Source of the DNA: a bacterium
Lineage (GTDB): Bacteria > Electryoneota > B3-LCP
DNA: 64,000 nucleotides
Assembly (NCBI GenBank): GCA_026394195.1
Contig: JAPKYS010000023.1
Coordinates: 333,339 to 397,338 of the forward strand
Reading direction: 5' to 3'
Part shown: piece after piece, positions 17,590 to 27,949 of the stretch
How the letters are laid out: the number at the start of each line of letters is the position of its first letter
Position numbering within the stretch: position 1 is the stretch's first letter
The notes under the pieces: generated by a model
The model's input: the letters and a program-made list of their open reading frames with translations, nothing else
Told to the model about the DNA's origin: nothing
The model's database searches: none
Program-made: the position numbers and the translations under genes

Positions 17590-17749
17590 CTGTTTCCACC
17601 CATCTGATTTGACCGATCCATCTGCATTTTCACGAATAATTTAGGTAATGCAAGCGTAGAAAGCAAGAGAATTTATTGACATTCAGAGAAACATTTACTA
17701 ACTTTAAGGATTAAATCAAATAGTTCAAGACTAACCGCAAAGGATAATT

Positions 17750-18733
17750 GTGTCACACGACGTTGAAGCGCTGGAAAAACTGAAGCAAGCGCGGCTTAGT
17801 ATCGAGCATGAGCTGGCGCAAGTCATTATCGGTCAAAAGCAGGTCATCACCGGCTTGATGATCGGATTATTGTCTCGGGGACATTGCCTCTTGATTGGAG
17901 TTCCCGGTCTCGCCAAGACCTTGATGATCAGTTCGCTGGCGCAATCCCTCGAACTTACCTTTTCGCGCATCCAGTTCACCCCTGATTTAATGCCGTCCGA
18001 TATCACCGGCACCGAGATCATTGAAGAGGATAGAGCGTCCGGTCATAAAGCCTTCAAGTTTGTACGCGGTCCGGTGTTCGCCAACATCGTGCTTGCGGAT
18101 GAGATCAACCGCACGCCACCCAAAACGCAAGCCGCTCTGCTGCAAGCCATGCAGGAGCACCAGGTATCAACCGGTGGGGTGACTCACACACTAACTGAGC
18201 CGTTCTTTGTGTTGGCAACGCAAAACCCGATCGAGCAGGAGGGTACCTATCCGCTGCCTGAAGCCCAGCTCGATCGTTTCATGTTCAATCTCTGGGTTGA
18301 ATATCCCTCTCTCGAAGAAGAGCGTCTGATCGTCAAAACAACGACCAGCTCGATAGCTGCCCAATTGAAACCGGTGCTGAGTGGCGCCGACATCATCGAA
18401 TTACAGGATTTGATCCGCAGGATTCCCGTATCGGATCATGTGGTTGAATTCGCCGTCGGCCTGGCTCGATTGACACGCCCCGAAGATGCGAATGCTCCGA
18501 AATTTATCAAGGATTGGATTCGCTGGGGCGCCGGACCGCGCGCCGGACAGTATCTGATCCTGGGCGCCAAAGCACAGGCTGCGCTGGATGGTCGCCCCAC
18601 ACCTGACGTCGAAGACGTGCGGCATATAGCGCTTCAGGTGTTGCGTCACCGCTTAGTTTTAAGTTTCAACGCAGAAGCAGATGGGATCGGAGCGGTTCAG
18701 GTTGTTGAAAAACTGTTAGAAACGCAGAAATAG
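17750..18733 (+). CDS. MoxR-family AAA+ ATPase
   Basis: GTG start. Walker A is LLIGVPGLAKT and Walker B is VLADEINR. Typical MoxR length. Confidence 0.9.
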   Translation: MSHDVEALEKLKQARLSIEHELAQVIIGQKQVITGLMIGLLSRGHCLLIGVPGLAKTLMISSLAQSLELTFSRIQFTPDLMPSDITGTEIIEEDRASGHKAFKFVRGPVFANIVLADEINRTPPKTQAALLQAMQEHQVSTGGVTHTLTEPFFVLATQNPIEQEGTYPLPEAQLDRFMFNLWVEYPSLEEERLIVKTTTSSIAAQLKPVLSGADIIELQDLIRRIPVSDHVVEFAVGLARLTRPEDANAPKFIKDWIRWGAGPRAGQYLILGAKAQAALDGRPTPDVEDVRHIALQVLRHRLVLSFNAEADGIGAVQVVEKLLETQK

Positions 18734-18781
18734 CCGACGCGAATAGTTACCAAGATTGAATGAACTAATGCGATATAACCC

Positions 18782-19675
18782 TTGAACAACGCCAGAGCAT
18801 CGATCTCACCCCAAGCCTTGGCGCGCCTCGCCAACCTGCAACTCCTAGCGCGTACGGTCGTAGAAGGCTTCATCACCGGATTGCATCAGAGTCCTTACCA
18901 CGGCTTCTCAGTAGAATTCTCCGAACACCGTCCCTACCTGCCGGGCGATCCGATTCGGCATATAGATTGGAAGGTTTACGCCCGCACAGACCGCTACGTC
19001 ATCAAGCGTTTTCAGGAAGAGACGAACCTGAAAAGTTATATTTTGCTGGATACGTCGGCTTCGATGGCATTTGCGTCTTCAGGTTTTAACAAGTTGAGTT
19101 ATGGAACTCATCTTGCTGCTGCGCTGGCCTATCTGATGATCGAGCAGCGGGATGCCGTAGGGCTGGCGCTCTTCGACGATCAAGTGCGAAAATTGCTGCC
19201 TCCGAGAAGCGTGCGCAGCTATCTATCGCTGATCCTGAAGGAATTGGAACAAGCGGCGCCTTCCGGGCGAACCGGTGTCGCGGAGGCTCTGCATCGCATC
19301 GCTGAGAGAATGAAGCGGCGCGGCTTGATTATCCTGATTTCGGACCTGTTGGATGATCCTTCGGGGATCATCTCAGGATTGAAACACTTCCGCCATGATG
19401 GCCACGAAGTACTGGTTCTCCAGGTCTTGGATCCGTTCGAATTGTCCTTTGCCTTTCCTCAGGATGCGCGCTTTCGCGATTTGGAAACCGATGAGCGAAT
19501 TGTCTCCCAGCCCTGGCATTTGCGGCGAGCCTACCAAACGGAGATGCGAAAGTTTCTGGATGGAATAAAAGCAGGATGCCGTGAAAACGGTGTAGACTAC
19601 AACTTGTTTGAAACCCGTCAACCCTATGATTTGGCTTTGATGGAGTATCTGACCAAACGAAAAAGACTTTACTGA
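18782..19675 (+). CDS. DUF58-family protein (VWA-like partner of MoxR)
   Basis: It carries the HQSPYHGFSVEFSEHRPYLPGD DUF58 signature. TTG start. Confidence 0.8.
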   Translation: MNNARASISPQALARLANLQLLARTVVEGFITGLHQSPYHGFSVEFSEHRPYLPGDPIRHIDWKVYARTDRYVIKRFQEETNLKSYILLDTSASMAFASSGFNKLSYGTHLAAALAYLMIEQRDAVGLALFDDQVRKLLPPRSVRSYLSLILKELEQAAPSGRTGVAEALHRIAERMKRRGLIILISDLLDDPSGIISGLKHFRHDGHEVLVLQVLDPFELSFAFPQDARFRDLETDERIVSQPWHLRRAYQTEMRKFLDGIKAGCRENGVDYNLFETRQPYDLALMEYLTKRKRLY

Positions 19676-19697
19676 ACAATAACCCTACGAGGAATCT

Positions 19698-22121
19698 ATG
19701 AAAAAGATCGCTTATTTCTTCGTCATGCTGCTGATTTGTGGTTCAGCCTTCGGGCAGACCATGACTCTACCATCCACTTCAGCGGCAGTCACTGACAACG
19801 CGTTATCGGTGCTGAGCAATCCCGCGTGGTTGGGATTCAGACCTCATCGTGGGGAATTCACACTGCTATTTCCCTATAACGATTCGACGGCCAGTCAGGA
19901 CTTCGGGATGCTGGTGCAGCTTGGGGAATTGGGGTTTGCGGGTGAGTTCGTCAATAATGATCTCTATTTCTACAACCGCTATACTCTGGGCAGCGGATTT
20001 GCGCTGGGTGAAGGGTTGTATTTAGGCGTAAGTCATGACTGGTACAAGGTCGTCGACTGGGATGGCGGCTGGAATATCGGGATGGGGTACAGACCCTTTT
20101 CGTTTCTCAGCGCCGGAGCAGTAATCTATGACCTCAATCAACCGAATCGAGGTGGCGTTTCCATCAACCCCAGTTATTCATTTTCTGCGGCTTTCCGCCC
20201 GCTGGGTCATAAATTGACGCTATCCGGAGATTTCCTCTTCACCAAACCAACCGGTAAAAGTTACGGCGATTCGCTTGATCCGGTGATTCGGCTGGAACTA
20301 ATGCCTCTGGATGGTATCAAATTGACCGGGGAGTACCGCACGGACAGCAAGTTTTTCAGCCTCGGTTTGGGGTTGGCGATCGACAATTTCGCCATGGGTA
20401 ATTTCAGAAATATGGATAAGGATGGCAAGATTCTTAACAGCGTTACCACCGTACAATTTTCCAGCGATCGGCAGCTTAATCCCTTCTCGCCGCGCTCGCA
20501 CCAGATTGTGGAGGTGACTCTGGACGGAAAAATCGGGGAATCTGAAAGGATGCGCATCCCCTTCTTGAGCAAGCATGATGAGAAGACGCTCTCAGAACTC
20601 TGCGAAGAAATCGATCATTATGCTGAAGATAATAAAGTGGATGGACTGCTGATTCGCTTTGAAAATCCCCAGCTGGGTTTTGCGCAGGTCCAGCAATTGC
20701 GCCGCGCTCTCGAGAAATTCAAGGCTCAAGGAAAAACCCTGATCGCCTACTCAAGTGAATACACTCAACGCAGTTACTACCTGGCTACTGTCTGCGATGA
20801 AATTTACCTGATGCCGGTCGGCATGGTGGATCTGAAAGGGCTTGCAGCCGTCATGGGTTATTGGAAAGGGACGCTGAATAAATTGGGTATCGGAGTACAA
20901 GTTGAACGAGTCCGCGATTATAAAACCGCCATGAACTCTTTCGTGTATGAGGATACGCCAGCGCCGGAAGCTGAAATGATGAACTGGCTGTTAGACGATC
21001 TGTACGACCAGATCTGCAATAAAATGGCTGAGGGTCGGAATTGGACCCTGCAGGAAGTGCAGGATAAAATCAACAATGGTCCCTACTATTCAACTACTGC
21101 CTTGCAAAATGGTTTGGTTGACAGCCTGATTTACTACGACGGCATCGTACACGATATTGAGAGCAAAAATTACGATCTGGTCAGCGAGGACGCCTACTGG
21201 AGATCGCCTGTTTACGAAGAAGATTGGCCAGATACACGCGCGCCGAAAATTGCCGTCATCTACGCTGAAGGCGCAATTACTCACGGAGACAGCCGCCAGA
21301 ATCTGTTCAGCGGCAAAATCATGGGATCTCAGACCATCGTTGAGGCGATACGAAAAGCCCGCGAAGATGCCAGCATAGACGGAATAATTCTCCGGGTCGA
21401 TTCCCCCGGTGGTGACGCAATTGCTTCGGATGAAATCTACCGCGAAGTACAGCGTACTACCTCAGATACCAAGAATCGCAAGCCCATTTACGTATCAATG
21501 GGGAATGTCGCCGGATCCGGAGGATATTACATCGCCTGCGGCGCTGATACCATCATTGCTGAGGAGGGTACGATTACAGGCTCAATCGGCGTGATAGCAG
21601 GTAAGTTTAATTTGGCTGGACTGCACGAAAAAATCGGCTACACAACTCATCCGTTCAAGCGAGGAGAACATTCTGATGCAGAATCCATGTCCCGTCCCTG
21701 GACTGAGGAAGAATCTGCGCTGATGCGGGCGAGTATTGAACAGGTCTACCAGGATTTCATCAGCCGCGTGGCGCAGGGTCGTCACATGACCAAGGAACAG
21801 ATCGATGCTGTGGGACAAGGTCGAGTCTGGACGGGAACTCAAGGTTTGCAGCATGGCCTGGTGGATATGATCGGTGGTATGGATGACGCCTTGAATGCCA
21901 TGCGCACGCGTTTGGGAGTATCGGAGGACGCAGCTGTTGAATTGGAATACTATCCGAAACCAACAGGGCTCTTTGGAGCGTTAAGCGGAAAAATCATCAA
22001 TATAAAGAGCAGCTCGCTGCCGCCGGCAATAGCCGAAGCTCTTGAACCAGTCGCTCTGGCGTCAGAGTTCTACACCGGCGCACCGCTGATGTTGATGATC
22101 TACGATATCGATATCAAATAA
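19698..22121 (+). CDS. sppA: Signal-peptide peptidase SppA (protease IV, 67K type) fused to an N-terminal ~270-aa β-rich domain with a signal peptide
   Basis: Lipoprotein-like or signal-peptide start MKKIAYFFVMLLICGSAFGQ. Residues 20-280 show alternating aromatic/hydrophobic β-strand patterns. The C-terminus has two ClpP-fold repeats with VDSPGGDAIASDEIY and GSIGVIAGKFN. Confidence 0.8.
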   Translation: MKKIAYFFVMLLICGSAFGQTMTLPSTSAAVTDNALSVLSNPAWLGFRPHRGEFTLLFPYNDSTASQDFGMLVQLGELGFAGEFVNNDLYFYNRYTLGSGFALGEGLYLGVSHDWYKVVDWDGGWNIGMGYRPFSFLSAGAVIYDLNQPNRGGVSINPSYSFSAAFRPLGHKLTLSGDFLFTKPTGKSYGDSLDPVIRLELMPLDGIKLTGEYRTDSKFFSLGLGLAIDNFAMGNFRNMDKDGKILNSVTTVQFSSDRQLNPFSPRSHQIVEVTLDGKIGESERMRIPFLSKHDEKTLSELCEEIDHYAEDNKVDGLLIRFENPQLGFAQVQQLRRALEKFKAQGKTLIAYSSEYTQRSYYLATVCDEIYLMPVGMVDLKGLAAVMGYWKGTLNKLGIGVQVERVRDYKTAMNSFVYEDTPAPEAEMMNWLLDDLYDQICNKMAEGRNWTLQEVQDKINNGPYYSTTALQNGLVDSLIYYDGIVHDIESKNYDLVSEDAYWRSPVYEEDWPDTRAPKIAVIYAEGAITHGDSRQNLFSGKIMGSQTIVEAIRKAREDASIDGIILRVDSPGGDAIASDEIYREVQRTTSDTKNRKPIYVSMGNVAGSGGYYIACGADTIIAEEGTITGSIGVIAGKFNLAGLHEKIGYTTHPFKRGEHSDAESMSRPWTEEESALMRASIEQVYQDFISRVAQGRHMTKEQIDAVGQGRVWTGTQGLQHGLVDMIGGMDDALNAMRTRLGVSEDAAVELEYYPKPTGLFGALSGKIINIKSSSLPPAIAEALEPVALASEFYTGAPLMLMIYDIDIK

Positions 22122-22141
22122 TACCCGGAGGATAGATCTAA

Positions 22142-23341
22142 ATGAACCTCAAAGTACTGATTCTCTGCGCAGTAATGATTTCACTGGCAGCGACCACCAT
22201 TGGATTTTCCAAAGAAAATCCGCTCTATACCAAAGCAAAAGAGAGTAAGGATACTGCTGAAGCCATCAAGCTCTATTGGCAATACTTCGATGAAGCGAAA
22301 GGCGATTCCAACTTCGCTGATGCTGCTGATGATTTTGCCAATCTTTTGGCTGAACAGAAGCATTATGCTGATTTAGCGCGTTTTGCTGATCAGTTGCTGA
22401 CCATAAAGCCCGCTCCGGTCAACCCACTGAATACCATCGCCTGGGCGCTGGCGGAGGGCGACACGGTTCTGGATAAAGCGCTCGCCTGCGCTGGAGCAGC
22501 GGTACGGGAGCAGAACTTGCTGAACCGGATGCCCCCGCCGCCCGATAGGTCTGCCAAAGCATGGAACGAGCGGCAGGGCTGGATGCTCAGCACCTTCCTC
22601 GACACCGAGGGCTTCGTGTTGTTGAAGCAGGGTAAACCTTCCGAAGCGCTCAAAGATTTCTTGTTTGCAGACTCACTTGGAGACGATCCCGAGATTCAGG
22701 TGCACATTGCTCAGGCTTATTTGAAGCTGGATCAACCCAAAGAGGCGCTGAAGAGCGCCTTGGAAGCGCTGTACGCTTACGAACAGGATGATCATAAGAA
22801 ATTAGATGCAATTATCGCTTCAGCATATAAAAAAGTCAAAGGCAGCGAAAAAGGTTTAAAATCCTACATTGAGAAGCAACTGTCAGATCTGCGCAAGCTT
22901 GAGTACCAGAGATTGATATCGGAAAAAATCAACTTACCGGCGAGGGATTTCGATCTGCTTTCTCTGGCAGGCGGAAAGGTCAAGCTGTCCGATTATAAGG
23001 GGAAAGTGGTGCTGGTGGACTTCTGGGCAACCTGGTGTGGCCCCTGCAAGAGAGAACTTCCTCTGCTACAGAACGCCTATGCAGCTTGGAAGAAGCAGGG
23101 TGTAGAACTGCTGGCTATTTCCACGGATAAAGACACCGGGAAAGTCGCACCCTTTATCAATAAAAACAAATACTCTTTTCCGGTGCTATTCAACAACGGC
23201 ACCTCCAAAGAATATGACGTATCCGGAATTCCGACCCTGTTTGTCGTGGATCAGGAGGGAAAGATCCAATACAAGCATGTCGGTTATCGCCCTGACGTGG
23301 TGAAAATTCTGGATCTACAGATAAAGGAATTAAAGAAGTAA
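22142..23341 (+). CDS. Secreted TPR-like domain fused to a TlpA/ResA-like thioredoxin (thiol-disulfide oxidoreductase)
   Basis: Signal peptide present. The C-terminal domain has WATWCGPCKRELP (CxxC). The N-terminal ~250 aa are helical-repeat-like. Confidence 0.75.
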   Translation: MNLKVLILCAVMISLAATTIGFSKENPLYTKAKESKDTAEAIKLYWQYFDEAKGDSNFADAADDFANLLAEQKHYADLARFADQLLTIKPAPVNPLNTIAWALAEGDTVLDKALACAGAAVREQNLLNRMPPPPDRSAKAWNERQGWMLSTFLDTEGFVLLKQGKPSEALKDFLFADSLGDDPEIQVHIAQAYLKLDQPKEALKSALEALYAYEQDDHKKLDAIIASAYKKVKGSEKGLKSYIEKQLSDLRKLEYQRLISEKINLPARDFDLLSLAGGKVKLSDYKGKVVLVDFWATWCGPCKRELPLLQNAYAAWKKQGVELLAISTDKDTGKVAPFINKNKYSFPVLFNNGTSKEYDVSGIPTLFVVDQEGKIQYKHVGYRPDVVKILDLQIKELKK

Positions 23342-23400
23342 ACCAAATTAACGAAATATCCGTCTAAACTAATAATCAACGCCATGAGCACGGAGACATC

Positions 23401-24750
23401 ATGAATAAACGAATTGCTATTCCCGCTTTGATCATTGCGATGATCATGCTGGCGGTCCAGATCAGCGCGGCGGAGAATATCCTGGATCCCAAGAAGTTGG
23501 ACATTCAGGAACACGAACTTTCCAACGGCCTGAAAATCCTGACCTGGGAGGACCATTCAGCGCCGGTGATTACTTACCAGGTCTGGTTCAACGTGGGCTC
23601 GATCAATGAAAGACCGGGGATAACGGGTATTTCGCACCTTTTTGAACATCTGATGTTCAAGGGTTCCAAGAAATACGGACCGGAAGAGCATAACAACATC
23701 ATTCAGGCGCATGGCGGTCGCTGCAATGCCTTTACCTCGAATGACATGACAGTGTACCACGAGAATATTGCCTCTGATGAGTTGGAATTGGTCATTGCCA
23801 TGGAAGCGGAACGTCAAGCGAATCTCGCCATCACAGCGGAAAACCTGAAATCGGAACGTGAGGTGGTCAAAGAGGAAAGGCGCATGCGGGTTGACAACAG
23901 CGTATTCGGTGATATTTTGGAGCAACTGTCCGCCAATGCCTATGAAGCACACCCCTACATGTGGTCCGTTGTAGGCTGGATGTCGGATCTAAATTCGATA
24001 ACTCTGGATGAATGCCAGGAATACCACCGCATCCATTATGCCCCGAACAACGCCACGGTCGTCATCGTCGGGGATTTCAAAACAGCCGAGGCGGTGAAAT
24101 TGGTGGAAAAATATTACGGCGCAATTCCCAGACAAGAATCGCCCGCGACGGTAGCGACGGTCGAACCGAAACAGCGCGGTGAAAGACGGGTCTACCTGCA
24201 TCGCCGGGCGCAACTTCCGATGCTGCTGGCTGGATATCACGTCCCGAATGCGGTGGCGGAAGATATGGCAGCATTGCAGGTGGCATCCCGGATTCTTTCC
24301 AATGGAGAAAGCTCCAGGATTTACCGCAAGATGGTGTACGAAGATAAACTGGCTCTTTACGCCGGCGGATCGGCTGACGAATCTAAAGATCCCAGCCTGT
24401 TCTATGCTTATTGCGGCATGAACATCGGTAAAGACGTCGCAGAAGGGGAGAAGGAATTATTCGATATTATTGAAGGGTTGACAAAAAATCCTCCCACTGA
24501 CGAGGAACTCCAGAAAGCCAAAAACCAGATGGAGGCAGAGTATATCTTCAACATGCAGACCAACTGGAATAAAGGTTATAATCTGGGTTGGTATCAAACG
24601 GTTACAGGAGATTGGCACGGGATGCTTAAACAGGTGGACCGCTATCAAGCGGTAACCGCTGAGAAAGTGGCTGAGGTTGCCGCCAAGTACTTCACTCCAA
24701 ACAATCGAACGACTATCATCCTGGTTCCTGACGATAATACGGAGCTCTAA
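23401..24750 (+). CDS. M16-family zinc peptidase, active subunit (HxxEH)
   Basis: HLFEHLMFKGS is the inverted zincin motif. Signal peptide present. Confidence 0.85.
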   Translation: MNKRIAIPALIIAMIMLAVQISAAENILDPKKLDIQEHELSNGLKILTWEDHSAPVITYQVWFNVGSINERPGITGISHLFEHLMFKGSKKYGPEEHNNIIQAHGGRCNAFTSNDMTVYHENIASDELELVIAMEAERQANLAITAENLKSEREVVKEERRMRVDNSVFGDILEQLSANAYEAHPYMWSVVGWMSDLNSITLDECQEYHRIHYAPNNATVVIVGDFKTAEAVKLVEKYYGAIPRQESPATVATVEPKQRGERRVYLHRRAQLPMLLAGYHVPNAVAEDMAALQVASRILSNGESSRIYRKMVYEDKLALYAGGSADESKDPSLFYAYCGMNIGKDVAEGEKELFDIIEGLTKNPPTDEELQKAKNQMEAEYIFNMQTNWNKGYNLGWYQTVTGDWHGMLKQVDRYQAVTAEKVAEVAAKYFTPNNRTTIILVPDDNTEL

Positions 24751-24794
24751 ATCACTCCATCAACCTACGAAATTTAAACATCACTGGAGGATAA

Positions 24795-26240
24795 ATGAAA
24801 TCGCAATTTTTTAAATTATCCCTGCCGACTCTGCTCTGTTTGCTGATGGGTTTTGGGATGGTGCAGGCTCAGTCCTCACAATCCCAGGACGTAGTGCCCG
24901 CATATCAGCCTCCGGCAGCCAAGATACTGGCGCCCGTCGTTCTGCCGCCCATCGTAGAAATGAAATTGAAGAATGGAATGAAAGTTGTGGTCGTTCAGCA
25001 TCACGAACTTCCGGAGCTCACTTTGCACCTATTCTTTCGTACCGGAAGCCTATACGATCCCACCGGTAAAGCCGGTTTGACCGAATTTATGGCGAATTTG
25101 CTCACCCTGGGAACCAAAAATTTGGGTGCAAAGCAAATCGCCGATAAGATAGACTTCGTTGGCGGCAACATCAGCGCGGGCAGCAGTTGGGATGGAACCT
25201 TTGTCGAATGCGGCGTCCTTACAAAACATCTTCAAACTGCCATCGATCTGACGCAGGACGTCGTCTTGAATCCCAGTTTCCCAGAGGACGAGATCGAGCG
25301 GTTGAGGGAACAGACGCTTTCAGGAATCGAAAACAGTAAGGATGATCCCGGCAGTCTGGCAGGCAAAGAATTCAACAAGCAGATATTCGCCAATCACCCT
25401 TACGCTCTACCCACTGGCGGCACCGCAGAATCGGTTGCATCATTCACCAGAGAAGATATCCTGAAACAATATCAAAAAGTAGTTTCACCGGATCAGGCTC
25501 TGTTCTATGTTATCGGCGATATCGATGGCAAAGCAGGATTCAAGCTGGCGCAGAAAATGTTCGGTGATTGGAAAGGTTCAACCCTATCGAGAAAAGAATT
25601 TCCGATTCCACCACAACCGGTAGGGTATAAGATCGTTTTAGTGAATAAACCTGACGCAACCCAGGCGCAGATCCGCTGTGGATACCCAGGAATCGCGCGC
25701 GACAACCCGGACTACTTCGCCATTAACATGATGAACTATATCTTGGGCGGCGGCGGGTTTGTCTCACGTTTAACGAAGGTAATCCGTGCCGAAAAAGGTT
25801 TGACCTATGGAATCGGTTCTTCCTTCAGCGCCCGGCTGCAACCCGGACCCTTCACCGTCAATACATTCACTAAAAATGAATCCGCTCTCGAAGCAATCCA
25901 GGAAATCATTAAGGTGATCGAACAATATCAAGCCGAGGGACCGACCGACCAGGAACTCAAGGAAGCAAAATCCTATATGACCGGGAGTTACCCTCTGAAT
26001 TTTGAAACTCCCAACCAGATTGCCGGAAACCTGCAGGCCTTGGAAATCTACAATTTGGGATCGGACTACATTCAAAAATATCGCAGCAGGGTGGATGCAG
26101 TCAGTAAAGATGAAGTCATCAAGGCAGCCCAGAAATACCTGCATCCGAAAGATATGGTTTTCGTCGTTGTCGCCAAGGCAGCAGACGTAAAGGAAGCCCT
26201 TGAGAAAATCGCTCCAGTGCAGGTCATCGAAATCGAGTAA
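24795..26240 (+). CDS. M16-family peptidase, non-catalytic partner subunit
   Basis: M16 fold pattern with the HxxEH position degenerate (GLTEFMANLL). Signal peptide present. Confidence 0.8.
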   Translation: MKSQFFKLSLPTLLCLLMGFGMVQAQSSQSQDVVPAYQPPAAKILAPVVLPPIVEMKLKNGMKVVVVQHHELPELTLHLFFRTGSLYDPTGKAGLTEFMANLLTLGTKNLGAKQIADKIDFVGGNISAGSSWDGTFVECGVLTKHLQTAIDLTQDVVLNPSFPEDEIERLREQTLSGIENSKDDPGSLAGKEFNKQIFANHPYALPTGGTAESVASFTREDILKQYQKVVSPDQALFYVIGDIDGKAGFKLAQKMFGDWKGSTLSRKEFPIPPQPVGYKIVLVNKPDATQAQIRCGYPGIARDNPDYFAINMMNYILGGGGFVSRLTKVIRAEKGLTYGIGSSFSARLQPGPFTVNTFTKNESALEAIQEIIKVIEQYQAEGPTDQELKEAKSYMTGSYPLNFETPNQIAGNLQALEIYNLGSDYIQKYRSRVDAVSKDEVIKAAQKYLHPKDMVFVVVAKAADVKEALEKIAPVQVIEIE

Positions 26241-26280
26241 GGAAACAATCAATTACCCCTGACGCGCAAAATGAAAATTA

Positions 26281-26305
26281 ACCCGGATTCGCGTCCGGGT
26301 TTTTA
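26281..26305 (+). terminator. Rho-independent terminator
   Basis: ACCCGGA-ttcgcg-TCCGGGT followed by TTTTT. Confidence 0.65.
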
Positions 26306-26408
26306 ATGAGGTTCTTGGACTTTTCGCTTGATTTCGCTTGCTTTCGGAAGAAAAATTATTTTGATTATTGGAGTAAGAACACCTGACCTGATCAACTGAG
26401 GAAAATCA

Positions 26409-27938
26409 ATGAAGAAAGCGCTGATCATCGTTGTCTGGTTGCTGCCTGTTATCGGCTGGGCACAAATGGAAGATTTCTCGATTCGTGGCGGCAATCTCCT
26501 GCGCTGGGCGCACGGAACCGCCAATCAGTTGGGATCCAGCACCAAGGTGCAGAAATTTTGGTTTGAAGACGTCACCGACCTTGCACTGTCCTATAAAAAC
26601 ATAGAGCTAGGGTTACAGCATAAACTCTTTCGTCCCTCCGAGTTCGGTGAAAATCTGGGAGGGATTGATGCGATAAACTATAAATATCTCGAATTCCGGC
26701 AGGGAGATCTCACCCTGACGGCGGGTAATTTCTACGCAACCTTCGGTCGTGGGTTGGCTTTGAATTTGTACCGGGATTACTATTTAAACTTCGATAGTAA
26801 CCTGGAAGGGTTCAAATCGCAATATCGCAGCGATTTGTTGGAAGCGATTGCATTTCGGGGACGTTCCTATCCCTCGCTGTCGACGGAAGGCAGCCGTATT
26901 CGTGAAAACGACGTAGAAGGAGCCATGCTACAAGTCTCACCGGTCACCTGGGGACAGATCGGCGGGTACTACCTCTACCTTCCAGAAGAGAATTACGATG
27001 AAACCCGGATGCCGGGTGGATTTCTGAATCTGAACGTAGGACCGGTCAGCTTTTCAGGAGAAAGTGTCTTACAGCTGGTTCAAGATGGCCTGGATTCCAA
27101 CTACTACGGCACTTACTTTTCGGTGGATTATACCGGATCAGGCTTCGGTATCGTATTGGACTACAAGGACTACAACTTCAAGAGGTACAGCTACTCGACG
27201 GGCGGCTCATCGACAATCGAGCCCTTACCCTATCAAAATCCGCCCCTTGTGCAGCGCGAATTTACCACAAATCTGCTCGCCAAACACCCCCATCTCATCG
27301 CCTATGATGACGAGGTCGGTTTCCAAATCGAAGCCAATGTACAGCCCCTCGATCCTCTGGCATTGACTCTGAATTTCAGCCGCTCATCATCCCATCGCAA
27401 TAATTCGTTGATTCCTTCTCTGCACGAAGAGGATTCACCTTTTTGGCAGCTCTTCTTAGAAGGTGAATACCATCATCCGAATAGCCACAGCTTAAGATTG
27501 AACCTCGGAGTCAACGAGGAAGTGAAAGTCTCCGGATCGCAGGGGCAGGTATTTACCTACTTCTGGCAGAAAAAACAGGGCGGAGCCGTTGAAGGGACCT
27601 ACTACCTCGATAGTCGCAACAGTATCGGGTTACATCAGGAAGCCATGAGATTACAGGACGTCAAGCAAGCAGTCACATACTGGGAGTACTTTACAGCAGC
27701 CACGTTTTCCCACGCTCCCTGGGGCAGCTTCTCATTCATAGTCGAGACGACACAGGATCCGACCGTGGTTGATCAGGATGTGTGGTTCTCAGTGGAATCG
27801 TCCCTGAATATCATGGACAAACACAATCTGCTGCTGTTCTTCGGTCAGGATCGAGGAGGATTGAAGTGCACCTCCGGGCGTTGCCGGTATGTTGATCCAT
27901 TTGCAGGTGTAAAGATAACCCTGCAGAGCACATTTTAA
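26409..27938 (+). CDS. Putative outer-membrane β-barrel protein
   Basis: Signal peptide MKKALIIVVWLLPVIGWAQ. Amphipathic β pattern with a C-terminal aromatic (…TLQSTF). Confidence 0.55.
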   Translation: MKKALIIVVWLLPVIGWAQMEDFSIRGGNLLRWAHGTANQLGSSTKVQKFWFEDVTDLALSYKNIELGLQHKLFRPSEFGENLGGIDAINYKYLEFRQGDLTLTAGNFYATFGRGLALNLYRDYYLNFDSNLEGFKSQYRSDLLEAIAFRGRSYPSLSTEGSRIRENDVEGAMLQVSPVTWGQIGGYYLYLPEENYDETRMPGGFLNLNVGPVSFSGESVLQLVQDGLDSNYYGTYFSVDYTGSGFGIVLDYKDYNFKRYSYSTGGSSTIEPLPYQNPPLVQREFTTNLLAKHPHLIAYDDEVGFQIEANVQPLDPLALTLNFSRSSSHRNNSLIPSLHEEDSPFWQLFLEGEYHHPNSHSLRLNLGVNEEVKVSGSQGQVFTYFWQKKQGGAVEGTYYLDSRNSIGLHQEAMRLQDVKQAVTYWEYFTAATFSHAPWGSFSFIVETTQDPTVVDQDVWFSVESSLNIMDKHNLLLFFGQDRGGLKCTSGRCRYVDPFAGVKITLQSTF

Positions 27939-27949
27939 ACGTTTCCCCA

